A DNA stretch of 64,000 bases from Amoebidium appalachense (GCA_963693365.1 CAVNZM010000001.1:5906907-5970906); one strand, 5' to 3'. Counted from the stretch's first letter, positions 13,113 through 28,254 are shown. Notes: generated from the sequence alone by a model not told the origin. Made by a program: numbers and translations.

Positions 13113-13365
13113 CACACACACGCACACACACACGCACACACACGCATGCATGCAGCGATCCACAGAAGTGGGTACATGAACACACGCATGCGCTCACAGC
13201 ATTCATGTGATGGGGTGCTTGCGGGGATTACTGTTTCCTATGGCAGTTCGGTGGCATCTTATTTGGAATGTTAGACACGAACGGATATTAGCATCACACC
13301 CACTTACACACAGAGAGAGAGAGGGAGGGGGGGAGATCTCCGGGGAAAACCCCACAAAGGATGAT

Positions 13366-13396
<31 letters not shown>

Positions 13397-13740
13397 TACC
13401 ACATCGGTGAGTGCACAGACAAGCTATAATGCCTGTCTTGTTGCACAATGATACACAGACGTACATTTAGGCGACCAGTCGACATATCCCTCTGGCACTC
13501 TCAACGGGTTACAGTCCCAGTTGTTTCTGCTCCGTCCTACTTTTTTCATACGTACACGCACATACCGGCTTTCCCTTCGGGCACCATTTTCCCTTGCGGC
13601 TCACCGACACCCTGCAGCAACCTTATAGCTCCTCCTTTTCATCTCACCACGTATATGATGTCGCACTCGCACTCACACTCTCAATCACATACACACACGC
13701 ACACTCACACTCACACTCACACTCAAACTCACACTCACAC

Positions 13741-13784
<44 letters not shown>

Positions 13785-14387
13785 ATTCACACTCACACTC
13801 ATACTCAACGCTCAACTCACGCTCACACTCACACTCACACTCACACTCACACCCGCACTCACACTCGCACTCACACTCACACCTACACTCACACTTACAC
13901 TCACACTTACATTCACACACACTTACATTCACACTCACACTCACACACACACTCGCACGCTCACTCACTCGCACTCGCACTCACACCCGCACCCGCACTC
14001 ACACTCACACACACACTTACACTCACACTCACACTCACACTCACACTTACACTCACACTTACACACACGCACACACACACACACACACTCTCTCTCTCTC
14101 TCACTCACGCTCACACTTACACACACACTCACACTTACACACACACTCACACACTCACACACACACACACACACACTCACACTTACACTCACACTCACAC
14201 TTACATTCACACTCACACTCACTCACACACTCGCACTCGCACGCTCACTCGCTCGCACTCGCACTCGCTCGCACTCGCACTCGCACTCGCACTCACACCC
14301 GCACCCGCACTCACGCACACACACCACTTACACTCACACTCACACTCACACTCACACTCACACTCACACTCACACTTACACTCACAC

Positions 14388-14444
<57 letters not shown>

Positions 14445-14730
14445 CTCTCTCTCTCACACACTCACACTTACACACACACACTCACTCACACACACTCACA
14501 CTCACTCACACTTACACTCACACTCACACTCACACACACTCACACTCACACTTACACACACACTCACACTCACACACACACAAACTCACACTTACACACA
14601 CACACACACACACACTCACACTCACACACACACTCACACTCACACTCACACTTACACACACACACACACTCACTCACACTCACACACTCACACTCACACA
14701 CACTCACACTCACACTCACACTCACACTTA

Positions 14731-14765
<35 letters not shown>

Positions 14766-15173
14766 TCACTCACACACAGTCACACTCACACCCACACACA
14801 CTTACACACACACACACACACACACACTCACTCACACTCACACTCACACTCACACTCACATTCACACCCACACACACCCACACACACACACACACACACA
14901 TACACACACACTCACTCACACTCACACTCACTCACACTCACACACACACACACACTCACACTCACACTCGCACTCACACTCACGCTCACACCCACACTTA
15001 CACACACACACTCACTCACTCACTCACTCACTCACACTCACACTCACACTCACACTCACACTCACACCCACACCCACACCCACACCCACACTCACACTTA
15101 CACTTACACTTACACACACACACTCACACACTCACACACACACTCACACTCACACTCACACCCACACTCACAC

Positions 15174-15212
<39 letters not shown>

Positions 15213-18200
15213 TCACACTCACACTCACACCCACACTCACACTTACACTCACACACACACACACACTCACACTGACACGTACACTCACACTTACACACAC
15301 ACACACACACACTCACACTCACACTCACACTCACACACTCTCACACACTCACACTGACACGTACGCTCACACTTACACTCACACACACACACACACACAC
15401 ACATACATACACACACACACTCGCACTCACACTCACACTCACACGTACACTCACACACACACGCACACACATAACACACACACACACACACACACTCACA
15501 CCCACACTCACACGTACACTCACACACACACGCACACTCACACCCATACTCACACTTATACTCACACTTACACTCACACTTACACTCACACCCACACTCA
15601 CACTTACACTCACACTTACATTCACACTTACACACAAACCCACACTCACACTTACACTCACACTTACACTCACACCCACACTCACACTTGCACTCACACT
15701 TACACTCACACTTACACTCACACTTACACTCACACTCACACTTACACTCACTTACACTCACACTTAAACTCACACCCACACTTACACTCACACTCACACT
15801 CACACCCACTCTCACACCCACTCTCACACCCACTCTCACACCCACTCTCACACTTACACTCACACTTACACTCACACGTACACTCACACTTACACTCACA
15901 CTTACACTCACAGTTACTCACTCACTCACTCACACTTACACTCACACTTACACTCACACTCACACTCACACTCACACTCACACTCACACTCACTCACACT
16001 CACACTCACACTTACACTCACACTCACACTCACACTCACACTCACACTCACACTTACACTCACACTTACACTCACACTTACACTCACACTTACACTCACA
16101 CTTACACTCACACTTACACTCACACTTACACACACACTTACACTCACACTTACACACACACTTACACTCACACTTACACTCACACTTACACTTACACACA
16201 CACTTACACTCACACTTACACTCACACTTACACTCACACTTACACTCACACTTACACTCACACCCACACACACACTTGCACTCACACCCACACTCACACC
16301 CACGCTCACACTTACGCTCACACTTACACTCACACTCACACTCACACTCACACTTACACTCACACTTACACTCACACTTACACTCACACTTACACTCACA
16401 CTTACACTCACACACTCACACACACCCACACTCACACTCACACTCACACTCACACTCACACTTACACTCACACTTACACTCACACTTACACTCACACTTA
16501 CACTCACACTTACACTCACACTCACACTCACACTCACACTCACCACTCACACTCACACACACACTCACGCTCACACTCACACTCACACTGACACGTACAC
16601 TCACACTTACACTCACACACACACACACACAATCACACTCACACACACACACACACTCACACTCACACACACACTCACACTCACACTCACACTTACACTT
16701 ACACTCACACTTACACTCACACTGACACGTACACGTACACGTGCAACACTGACGGCCACAGACACAGCGGCAGATATCCGAGGCTGATGACATGCGGCGA
16801 ATAGCTCGCCTGGACAAGTACCGAACCTTGCTCAGCCAGCCCACCATAGACACGGGTGAGTGGACAGCAACACATATCTCATAACATGCATATTTGTGAT
16901 GTAACAGAGAGGGGGGGGGGGGGGGGGGGGGGAGGGGGGGAGAAAGAGGGGGGACTGTATATGTGTGTGTGTATGGGGGGGGGGGGGGGGGTTGATTTTG
17001 TGTTGCTGAGGAATGAAAAACTGGCATGGGAATCAGCTGTAGAATATGCGTACACATACACGTACTTCCTCAATTTAATTTACATGCGACAACCGAATCA
17101 TACACCACCGTTAGAGGGGGTTCTTGAGGCCCTTAAGCCCTCTCCCTTGGTTATCACAGTATTTGATCAATTTTGCTCGGGTCGAGGTTAGTTGGCCATA
17201 TTCTAACCTCCCATTTTCAGAGGAACTGCGTAAGATCAGTTGGTCTGGCATACCCCCAGAGGTTAGGCCTACAGCTTGGAAGCTGCTGAGTGTATGTGGC
17301 CCCCCTCCCCTCCCCCCCTCCCTCCCCCCCCCCCTCCCCCCCCCCCCCCCCCCTCTCTCTCACTGCACGGCGCTTCCCCTCTTCCCCTCTTCTTTCTGCC
17401 CACTGTAGATTTTTTCCTTTTCCCTCTTTCCATGTCGTCCGTCCCTCCCCCCTTTTCCTTTTACTCTCTCTCTCTTTGCCCCTTGCTGTCCCTCCCTCCC
17501 CTCTCCCCCCCCCCTCCCCCCCCTCGCTCTGTGTATCTCTCTCTCTGTCTCCTCTTCCTATTTCCCCTCCCCTTACTCGCTCTCCCCCCCCTCCCCCAAC
17601 CCCAACCTGCCGACCTCTTAGCTAGAATCATGTTGTTCCTCTCACATCCAACGCCACCACTCCGTTCGCATGTTCACCTCCTTCGCTCCCCTCTGGCCAG
17701 TTATGCCCCCATGCACGATTATATCAAGGCATTTTTTTGGTTCCATTTTGCTAACCAATCACACCATATTGTTAACCTTTTAGGGCTACCTGCCAGCCAA
17801 TGAGAGCCGTCGTGCCGAGGCGCTTTTGCGCAAACGGGAGGAGTACCGTGGGCTGGTGGCCAAGTACTTTGGCACCCACACACACCCCACAAACCACCAG
17901 CTGCACCACCAGGTATCACTGTTTCCTTGCACATGCACTGCACCTGTGCATGAACGTGCAACCACACGTTTGGCCGCAATACCAGCATTCCATCCTGCAG
18001 GGCTTTATTTTCTTTTCTTTTCTTTTCTTTTTTTTCTTTTTCTTTTTTTTTTTTTTGTGGTGGTGGTGGGGGGGGGGGGGGGGGGGGAGTTGAGCTGATG
18101 TGCCAGTGTCTTTTGATCACCGTACATTTTTGGGCTACATTCTGACTGTATCCTTGTCGTTTTGTGTGTATTGTTGGTTGTATGAAATGGATTGTGTTGC

Positions 18201-18214
18201 AGGGGACAGGCGGT

Positions 18215-18248
<34 letters not shown>

Positions 18249-18349
18249 ACTGATACACACGGGCCCAGATTCGTATTGATCTGCCGCGCACCAATCCATC
18301 CTGCCCGCTGTTCCAGCAAGAGGCTGTCCACAGCGTATGTCGTCCCCCC

Positions 18350-18404
<55 letters not shown>

Positions 18405-18668
18405 GGCTGTGCTGGTGCTGCAAACTTCTTCTTGGGCTGATGGTGTCTGTGTTTGTCCGTGTGCCTGTGGTACCCTAGTTGGTGTGTGTTGATGCTGCGT
18501 CGAGTAAAACTATCCCCCCCCCCCCCCCCCCCCCCGGGTACTGTGGATGACGTGGGCCCCCCCTGAGGATGGGCTCTGCTTATTATGCATACTCTTTATG
18601 TATGGCTTGCATTCTGCATCGTGTTATCCGTTTGTTCTTGTGTACTTCGTACTTTTTGACGCATTCAA

Positions 18669-18702
<34 letters not shown>

Positions 18703-19333
18703 CCCCCGCCCAGCGTATCCGTTCAGAATAGCAAGATGTAAGTATGGTCCCTTGTTGTGATGTTTTGGTTTTCTAAGTGACATTGCATCCGAGCGGTTGC
18801 TGCTTCTCGTGTATCTAGGCTTGCTTCTGTGTGTTGTGTGATGTGGGCACCAAGTGTATCGGTGCAGTGCAGTGTGAATAGAATCAATAGTTGTCATGCT
18901 TGGATTTGTGACAAGGCCGGATAATGCTACAGCTTTTTGCGGCACGTACTGATATTTTTATGGACTTTGGGTTCAGAACACATGCATTGCACACTCGGTC
19001 AGCACTGACGCGTGGCAGGGCAATATCACGACACGCGCACACATACCCATACGTGCGCACACACTCACGGGCGCCGCGTGCGCGCACGCACTAACACACA
19101 CACACAACACACACGCACACACACACACACGCACACACACATACACACAGGTGCTTGAGCGTATCCTCTACATTTGGGCCATTCGTCGGCCCGCCAGTGG
19201 CTACGTGCAAGGCATCAATGATCTGGTCACCCCATTCTTCACCGTCTTTCTCAGCGCACACGTGGGTATGTGCACCTGTGTGTGTACGGGTGCATGTGGG
19301 TGTGTGAGGGATGGGCAGCCGGAGAGGGGGGCG

Positions 19334-19366
<33 letters not shown>

Positions 19367-19441
19367 TTCCTGGCGGTGATGCCATGTGCGGTGGAGGGAC
19401 GGGCGTGGCAGGGAGACGAGTTGGGAGGGGGGGGGAGGGTA

Positions 19442-19478
<37 letters not shown>

Positions 19479-20882
19479 GGGGGGGGGCAAGAAGGGATGG
19501 GTTTGTTAAGAATTTGTGTATATCGGTGTGTGTGTGTTTGGGTGTGTACGTGTGCCAAATCGGGAATGTGCACCTGAATGTATGCGTAGATGTGTAGGTG
19601 TGTGTGTGCTTCTTAATACATTGGGCACTTGCTCCCTTCTGCTGATATTGCCCATCCCCTTCACTCATCCCCTTCATTCACACGTTGCATTGCTGATACC
19701 CAGTTTGTGCATGTCCCAGTTCTCTTATTGTGCCCACACTCACTTTCCCCCTGTTTCCAGACGATGACGTAGAGCAGACGGATGTGTCTGAGGTGGACAC
19801 AGAGACTGTGGCAGAGATAGAGGCAGATGCATACTGGTGCCTGTGCAGACTGCTGGACACTATACAGGTCTATGCTTTTGTGTGTGTGTGTGTTTGGGGG
19901 GGGGGGCTAAGGGAACAGGCGGATAGGCGGATGGGGTGGGTGTGTGTGTGGGTATGGGCGGGTGGGTGGGTGGGTGGGGTAAGGTAAGTGGGTGGGGTTG
20001 GGCAGCCGTGTTTGATTAATGGTGGTGATAATATCAGTGTTTGGTGAGAGGGGAAGGGGGGAGAAAGGCCAGGATGGGAGAAGCTAGTGGGTGGGTGGCG
20101 TTTTTGCATGGTGGATTTTTTTTTTTTGTTGTTGTTGGGGGGGGGGGGGGGGGGGGGGGGGGGGAGGGGGGGGGGGGGGAAGGGGGTTGGAGTGGGTAGG
20201 TGAGTGGGTTGGTTGGTAGGGTGCCTCTTGATGGGGGAGGAGCGGGGCTCTTTGTTTGTTAGTAATGGCATTGTCGGTGTGGGAGGGGGGGGAACAGGCG
20301 CCAGGGTGTTGGGGGATGGGGGGGGATGGGGGGTATTTTAGCTGCTAACGTCCGGTATTTTGCAGGATAACTACACAAACAGCCAGCCAGGCATCCAAAG
20401 GAACGTGAGCCGATTGGATGATCTGATAAAACGGGTCGATGGTATGTGTGGAATGCGGTGTGAACCAATGGGGTTGCTTAGAGCTCAGATGGGGCAGTTG
20501 GTGGCCAGCATAGTCTTTGCATCTGTTCAAACAGATGGGATATCCGCAGCTCTGTACTGCTTGGGTTCTTTCCTGTTCTTTACAGGTGTAATCCACGTTG
20601 GGCACTGCCATATTGTCACCACCTCCCCCCCCCCCCCCCTCCCCCCCCCAACCCCCCCTTCTCCTTCCCCCGTTCCCCCCGATGTAAATGTACACTGCCG
20701 GACACATGTACACACCTCCCAAGCACACACATGGACATGGCTTGAATTTTCACAAGAACACGATCATGCACCATGGAGAACAAGAAATACTTGCACAGGC
20801 ACTCATACTCTGTCACTCGATCAATTACTCACGCACTCTCATTCACTCACATGGTACACACACACACACACACATGCACACG

Positions 20883-20923
<41 letters not shown>

Positions 20924-21175
20924 CCACCCTCTACCAGCACCTAGTATCGCACGAGATCCAGTTTCTTCAATTTGCCTTCCGCTGGATGAATTGTCTTCTG
21001 ATGAGAGAGATACCCCTACGGTGTACCATCCGCCTATGGGATACATATCTGGTACCCCCCCCCCCCCCCCCCCCCCCAAACAACAACCAACAACCAACCA
21101 AACCCCCCCTCCCCCCCCGGCTCCCCCCAACTAATCAATCAACCAACTAGCCAACCAACCAACCCTTCTCTTTCC

Positions 21176-21206
<31 letters not shown>

Positions 21207-21942
21207 ACACACACACGCACGCACGCACACATACTAAATGCAGCATAGACAGACACAGCATTCCTCTGGACCTCGTTTTTTTTGTTCGTTTTGTATTTCC
21301 CCCTTGTTTGCCCCACGAGGGTCTTTGTTATTCTCGCCTTCTTGATCCCCTCCCCCCCCCCCTCCCCCCCCCCCCACCCACCCACCCACCCACCCTCCAC
21401 CCCTCCCCCTCCACCCCTTAAAAAACGCAAGAGAAAGTTAAAGAGTCGAACCCATTCTTTTGTGGAGTTATGGGAATCTCCCTATCGATGGGCTCTGTTC
21501 AAGTGTCTTCCGCCTGCTGGCTGCACTCTTTTTATTTGTTCCGTTTTATGGTTCGGTTTTGGGTTTTTTTTATTTTTTTGACGTTTTATATATTGTCCTC
21601 CAGTGCCTCCTCCACACCTCTACCTTCTGGTGCATACATCCCCCCCCCCCCCCCCCCCCCCTCCCCTTCCGTCTTCCCCTACCTGTCTTTCCTTTCCCCT
21701 CCACCTGTGTTCCATCTTTAAAGCAGTTTAGTGAGCAAGATGAATGGGTCGGGTTATAATGTGGATGATTGAATCCCACTGAAGGATTGTGCTCTAATTC
21801 TGTTGCATGCTCCATGTGGGTGCCCCCTTGTGTGCATGTTTCACTGTCTTTTCCGTTGTGACTCGTTCTTCGTACTGTGCACTGCATTCTGATCTCTCCC
21901 ATTCTCCCTCCCCCCTCCCCCCCCCTCCTACTCCCCTCCCCC

Positions 21943-21979
<37 letters not shown>

Positions 21980-22694
21980 ACCACCACCACCACCACCACC
22001 ACCACCACCACCACCCCAGAGTGAGCCCAACGGGTTTGCCGAGCTTCATCTATACGTGTGCGCTGCCTTTTTGGTGCGCTGGTCACGTGACCTGCTGAAA
22101 CTCGACGACTTTCCTGTAAGAACCCACCCCCCTCTCCCCCACCCCAGGAATGCCCTGATTCCCCCCCCCCCCCCACATGGTGTATCCTCCAATGATATGG
22201 GCAACCTACATGGTATGTGTGGGATATCGGTCCACACAACACCCACATCTTTTTCCCCGTCGTTCGTTTCTCTCATCTCTTGCCCACGATGCTTGGTTGA
22301 ATGATCCAATAAATCTGATAAGTGGAAAGGACTAATGTGGTTGTCTGTGAATGCTTGTTTGTGTTATCATCTGGAATGTTTGCTGTCATGGGTTAGGCTC
22401 AACTCTTCAGAAATTTCCCCTGCATTACTAGTACCAGCACTGACACTGTATACCCTGAACCCAACAAAGATAACACCCGGGCACAAACGCAATCACACAC
22501 ACATTTGGACTCCCTCCTCCCGTGTGTCTTTCTCCATCATTTTGCCTGCATTTTTATGTACCAATGTGTTGCGTGACACAAGCGCACCCACACACACTCA
22601 CACACACACACACACACACGTCGACACACACACACACACACACACACATACACACACGTCGACACACACACACACACACACACACACATACGTC

Positions 22695-22728
<34 letters not shown>

Positions 22729-22889
22729 GACACACACACACACACGTCGACACACACACACAGAGCATCATCACGTTCCTGCAGAGCCCACCTACGTCCA
22801 CATGGGGCCACAAGGACATCGAGCTGCTTGTTGCTGAGGCCTACGTGTGGAAGGCCATGTTCCAGAACGCACCACGCCATCTCACCTAG
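12293..22889 (+). CDS. TBC1D22: TBC1D22/Gyp1-like Rab GTPase-activating protein, multi-exon
   Basis: Exons with GT-AG borders: 12293-12822, 16762/8-16855, 17221-17291, 17784-17912, 18269-18334, 19151-19265, 19761-19867, 20366-20441, 20924-21051, 22020-22115, 22764-22889. Encodes [25 protein letters not shown], the R-finger IRIDLPRT, the Q-finger [55 protein letters not shown] and IELLVAEAY. Confidence 0.93.
13660..16740. repeat. About 3.1 kb intronic degenerate satellite of CACACT / CACACTTACACT units mixed with (CA)n
   Basis: Continuous 2-, 6- and 12-bp periodicity; the source of the spurious 1047/587/345-aa His/Thr ORFs. Confidence 0.95.
22600..22763. repeat. (CA)n periodically interrupted by CGTCGA, running into the final TBC 3' splice site
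   Basis: Five GTCGAC interruptions at roughly 20-40 bp spacing. Confidence 0.85.
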
Positions 22890-23101
22890 ATTTTCATTGG
22901 TTCTTGCCTCTTGGTTGCTTCAACTTGGGGTTTTTTGGTTCTTGTTTTGTTGTTTTTCTGCTGAACCATACCATGATAGGTGTCCAATATGCGGGAAGGA
23001 GGGGGAGGTGCGGTGGTTCCCACCATCACATGTGCTCTTTGTCTCTCCCCTCCCTCTCTCCCCCTCTCTATCCCTCCCCCTCTCTCACTCACACTCCGAC
23101 T

Positions 23102-23137
<36 letters not shown>

Positions 23138-24460
23138 CCTCTCTCCCATCCTTCCCTTCCCCCGTTCCCCCCTTCCCGTGCCCCCCCCCCCCCCCCTTTT
23201 TTTTTTTCCTGGTTGCACTTAGCCACAAGTCTCCCTTGTGTATTCTGTGTGGGGTTCGAACGACATAGGTGTAAGTGGTGGCCAGGGTGGGTTCCTCTCC
23301 CTCCTGACGGCAGAAAGCATACAACACGCACACGCACATGCACGCACACACAACACAACACACAGAGAGAGAGTCACACAAGACGTATACACACTCACAC
23401 GCACACGCGAATGGCTGTGTACTGCAGCTTTGGTTTTGTCTGGCCCGTTGTCCTAATCACTACTCTGTGTATACTAGATCGAGAACAATATGTGAGCATA
23501 CAGCGAAACGAATGTTACCAAATCTGTGTATCTGACTGCTGATTTTTGAGCACCAATAGCTAAGGGTCCTTAATATTATAAGTAGTGATCATTCAATCTT
23601 TCATAGGGCAGAGGTCACTTTCGAATGAACAGTATCGTGTAAATGTACAGCCGGGTATATATAAAATGCTTGATATTCACCTGGCACTCACGGTACAGGG
23701 GAAGAAAATTACTCGTATAAAAATCTCCGATGCCATCTAGATCTAGGTTCCATTGGTCTCTGTACGTTAAAGGATAATGTGTGTTGTGACATCCGCTGTG
23801 TGCTCAGAATGTATGTAAGAGCAGTGCTGTTGTGTTACTGTATGGGCAGAATTATTATAACGAACTTTTGCCTCATTTAATGATGCATAATTGAGTAATT
23901 ATTACCGTGCACAATCCTCCAAGCTTGCAAGTTGGAATCTATTCACATGGCAAAGCATGGCATTTATGTAATAACACTCTGGCTTACTGTACTCCTTCGA
24001 TTTGTACGGTATGTATGTGAGAGTGCTTGTATGCTACCGGCCTCGATAGTCAATTTGGTTCGCACAAACTATGCACATGTGACTATGCCAGGCACAGAGA
24101 ATGACGGATATGATCATGCAACTAGTACTGTAGCCTGGGCCTTATCATTACAATAATACAGTACTGATGCTATGCACATGCTCAGCCTGGTGGTATCATG
24201 ATTGGTACCAACATAATGTTGCAGACGCGGCCAGTGTCCGACCCCTAGGCCTTCTATGATCAAAGCTTTCTATACTTGCTGTGACACTTTCGAATATACG
24301 TAAGAATACGTACACTGAAGTCATGTAGCTACAGTCGTCAGCTGGTCCGGTTGGGTGGGACACCGGCTGAGAACAAACGAAGGCACTGGCCTCACGTTCC
24401 AGCAAACAGCTGGGAGAAAAGGACCACTTGGACCTCGTCATAATATCCCCCACATACGGC

Positions 24461-24501
<41 letters not shown>

Positions 24502-25457
24502 ACCCACCCACCCACCCACCCACACACACACACACACACATACTTGCCCTCACCTCCAACAACTCCCACATAACGCTTTTCTGAATTTGAAATGGGGGGG
24601 GGGGGGGGGGGGGGGGAAGGGTCCGGAGGGGCAGTAGTATGATATGAAGACGGTCCCCTGTGGTGTCCCCCCCCCCCCCCCCCCCCCCCCCCCTCCCCCC
24701 CCCTCCCCTCGGAGTCCCCCCTTCCCCCACTCTCTCCAAGCAGACCGCCGGGGTAGTGGGTGCACGGCCCTCAAAGGGGAAGGGGGGCGGGAGGGGACCA
24801 CCTCTTTGGTGGGGTGGTGGGTCCCCCCCCCCCCCCCCCCCCCACCCCCCCCGGCTCCCCTCCCCCCTCCCCGCCCCTCCCCCCCCCTCCTCCCCCCGGG
24901 GAGAGTCCTGCGGCTTCCTCCCGCTGGGCACCTGCAAACCTCCGAGATCCCCCCTTCCCCCCCTCCCCTTCCCCTTGCCCTCCACCACCACCAGGCATTC
25001 ATTGTTTGCACCAAAGTAAAAGGGAGAGCGGGGGGAGGGGGGGGGGAGGGGGGGGGGGGGGGGGGGGGCTGGAGATAAAGAGCGAGAAAGAGGTGGGCGG
25101 TGGGGAAAGGAAGAAGAGGGGAGGGGGTAGGGGGGGGGGGGGGGGGGGGGGGGGGGATACGGGGAGTAAGAGAGACATAAAGGATCCGATGGAAAGTGTG
25201 CCACTTGTGTGCACGAGCATCCTGGTATGTGCCACCTTTGTAAAATTCTACATACAATCCTGCGGCAGTGTGTGAGCGTGGCTGTGAGTGTGCGTGTGTA
25301 TAGTGTGTATGTGCCTGTATGCGCGCGTGTGCCTGCATGCGCATGTGTGCGTGTCTGCGTGCACGAGTTACGGTTAAAGTTTCCCCCCTGTTTATCTGTT
25401 TGCTGTGTGTGTGGCACTGGTGTCTCTGTGCGCGCGCGCGCGCCCCTATGTGACGTA

Positions 25458-25822
25458 GGGCCCAACTACATCGGCCGAGTCAACTTGCAAAAAGCATAAT
25501 TTTTCCTGCAAAAAGAAGAATCATTCTACAAAAAGCGGAATTATTCTGCTGAAATATTCTGCAAAAGCAGAACCACTCTGCTTTTAGCAGAATTATTCTG
25601 CTTTTCCGCAAAAAGCAGAATAATTTGCAAAAAGCAGAATTATTCTGCTTTCGACAGCAGAATAATTCTGCTTTTAACAGATTGATTCTGCTTTTAACAG
25701 ATTGATTCTGCTGTTTGCAGATTTTTGCTGAATATTTCTGCTTTTGCTGAATATTTCTGCTTTTAGCACAACAATTCTGTTTTGTTTTTTTGCAAGTTGA
25801 CTCAGCCGATGTGGTTGGGTCC
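25458..25822. mobile_element. MITE/foldback element with about 36-bp terminal inverted repeats and internal palindromic repeats
   Basis: Left gggcccaactacatcggccgagtcaacttgcaaaaa is a near-perfect inverse of right ttttttgcaagttgactcagccgatgtggttgggtcc. The interior is repeated (AAAA)GCAGAATTATTCTGC(TTTT)-type palindromes. No clean TSD. Confidence 0.75.
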
Positions 25823-26943
25823 TTCACGTGTGTTTGTGTATGGCGGCTCACTGTGAGTGTGTGCGTGCATGCGGGCGCATTTGTGTGTGTGTGTGTGTGT
25901 GTGTCACGTGTGTGTGCGCGCGCGGCGGGGGCACTCTTGTGTAAGCTTGTGTGTGCGACAGTGCGTGCCACCGTGTGTGTGTGTGCCTGTGTGTGTGGCA
26001 TGTCCATTGCCGGTGTCGGCATGCTGATTCCGACGTGCATGGTACGTGGTGGTGGTTAATGGACAATCTGAGTCTTGAGTGCATGCACCATGGCCAACTT
26101 TAAGGAGAAGTCCACACGCAAGTTCCAGCTAAAAGTGGGACGAGGTCCGCGTGTGGGGAGCTGTCATGGCATGCATATGGTCCTCGGGGGAGGGGGGAAG
26201 AGAGGGGGGGGGGGGGGGGGGAGGGGGGGGGGGGAGGGAAGAATATTAAGTGGGCACAATTGTGATACTGTACAGAGTCGAGAAGGTCTGTGACCATGAG
26301 CAACAAGTAATATTGGTCTCGGTAGAGAGCTCGAGATCCTAGGGGCATAGAGAGGGCGGGCCCCCGCAGGCCTTTGATGGCACCCCTGCGGGGGGGGGGG
26401 GGGGGGGGGGGGGAGGGGGGGGGAGGGGGAGGGGGAGGGGGGGAAGGGGGGGGGGGGGGAGGGGGGGAGGGGGGAGGGGGGGGGAGGAGGGGCTAGCTAG
26501 TAAGCAGGTCACTGACCCAGCTGCAGGGCCTGATATTGATACCAATTAATGGATGTAAAGAAGGTGCCAATACCACCATGTTTTCAAGTTGATTTAAATA
26601 CTAGTAGTACATCATGACTGTTAGTCATTGTTGGACGCCCCCTCCCTCCCCCCTCCCCCCCCTCCCCCACTGGCCCCACCCCCCTGGGTGATGGTGGGCC
26701 CCTCCCCCCCCCCCCCCCCCCCCTTTGCACCTACTCGGAGGGGTGGTGGGTCCCGGGGACCCCCCCCCCCCCCCCCCCTCCCCCCGCGCCCCCTCCCCCA
26801 GCCGGCTGAGGGGTTGCCCGGGGGACCTACTAGTGACCCCTTCGGAGGGAGGTGGGTCCCCGGCCCCAGCCCAAACTTAATACTATTCCCCTCAGGGGCC
26901 ACGTTTCAATATCAAAAGGCCGAACACCCATACACACACACAC

Positions 26944-27227
26944 AAGGCACTTTAACGAATTTTTGAGGCAAATTTACATTTACTAATAAAATTGTATAAC
27001 GTTATGCAGGTTTGAGCATAACGTTATGCACGTTTCAAAAAATTTAAAAAGTTTTAACTTGGGAACCGTTCAACCAAAATGCACCAAGTTTTCACAGTTA
27101 GTGTGTTGTTATACCCCCTGCAGACGTACACTGAGATACCAGCAAAACAGTTTGATCTGCTCAAGCGATCGAAAAAACATGAAAAACTTTTAAAAAACTT
27201 TAGGTCAAAATTTTCGGTAAAATCCCT
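26944..27227. mobile_element. Possible old MITE inserted in a (CA)n run
   Basis: AT-rich island with degenerate inverted ends (aaggcactttaacgaatttttga / tcaaaattttcggtaaaatccctt), flanked on both sides by acacac. Confidence 0.35.
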
Positions 27228-27253
27228 TACACACACACACACAAACACACGCA

Positions 27254-27314
<61 letters not shown>

Positions 27315-27420
27315 CAACAACAACAACAACAATCAACAACAACATGCACAAGCGCGAAACCTGCAATCATAACTAGATCCAACGCACACACACACACACA
27401 CACACACACCACACACACCA

Positions 27421-27465
<45 letters not shown>

Positions 27466-28089
27466 ACACACACACACACACATCGTACGCACACACACAC
27501 ACACACACCGTCACACACACACACACCGTACACACACAACTTGACACACACACGCACATGTGTACACACACACACATGCACACGACCATCGTGCCACATA
27601 CGCACACATACGTCACACAAACAAAACACACACACGCAGTGTCAATCAAACACACGTTGTGTAACCATGTCCACACACGACGGCCCCCAACCTTCAATTA
27701 TCCCCCCCCCCCCCCCCCCCCCCCTCCCCCCCCCCCTCCCCCCCCCCTCCCCCCCCCCCCCGCCCCCTCCGCCCCCGGATCCTGGAATCTTTGGGCCCAG
27801 ATGACGGTCATGGCAGATTGTCTTCACAGTACGCACGCACATGTGCAGCACACACACACACTGCCACCTGACACACTGGTACACACACGGTACACACACA
27901 CACCCACACACACACAGCCACACACATGTACACAGGTATATCACGCACGCACACACACACACACACACACACAGCCACACACATACACGCGCGCACACAC
28001 ACATACACACGCGCGCTCGCCGTGGTGAACACACACACACACACGCATACATACACACACACACACACACATACACACACACACACACA

Positions 28090-28124
<35 letters not shown>

Positions 28125-28210
28125 GATCTCTCTCTCTCTCTAGATCTCTCTTTCTCCCTCCCCCTCTCTCGCTCTCTCTCTCTCTCTCTGACACACTGAC
28201 GTGCACACAT

Positions 28211-28254
<44 letters not shown>

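Noticed and set aside
15600-16550. Interstitial telomere array
   Set aside because: The reverse unit AGTGTAAGTGTG lacks the G-runs typical of telomeric repeats and grades into ordinary (CA)n
13448-16725. 1047-, 587- and 345-aa His/Thr/Leu ORFs
   Set aside because: Translations of an intronic CA/CACACT satellite that lacks stop codons by composition
25480-25790. CRISPR-like array of palindromic repeats
   Set aside because: No unique constant-length spacers, enclosed by TIRs, eukaryotic context, and no cas genes
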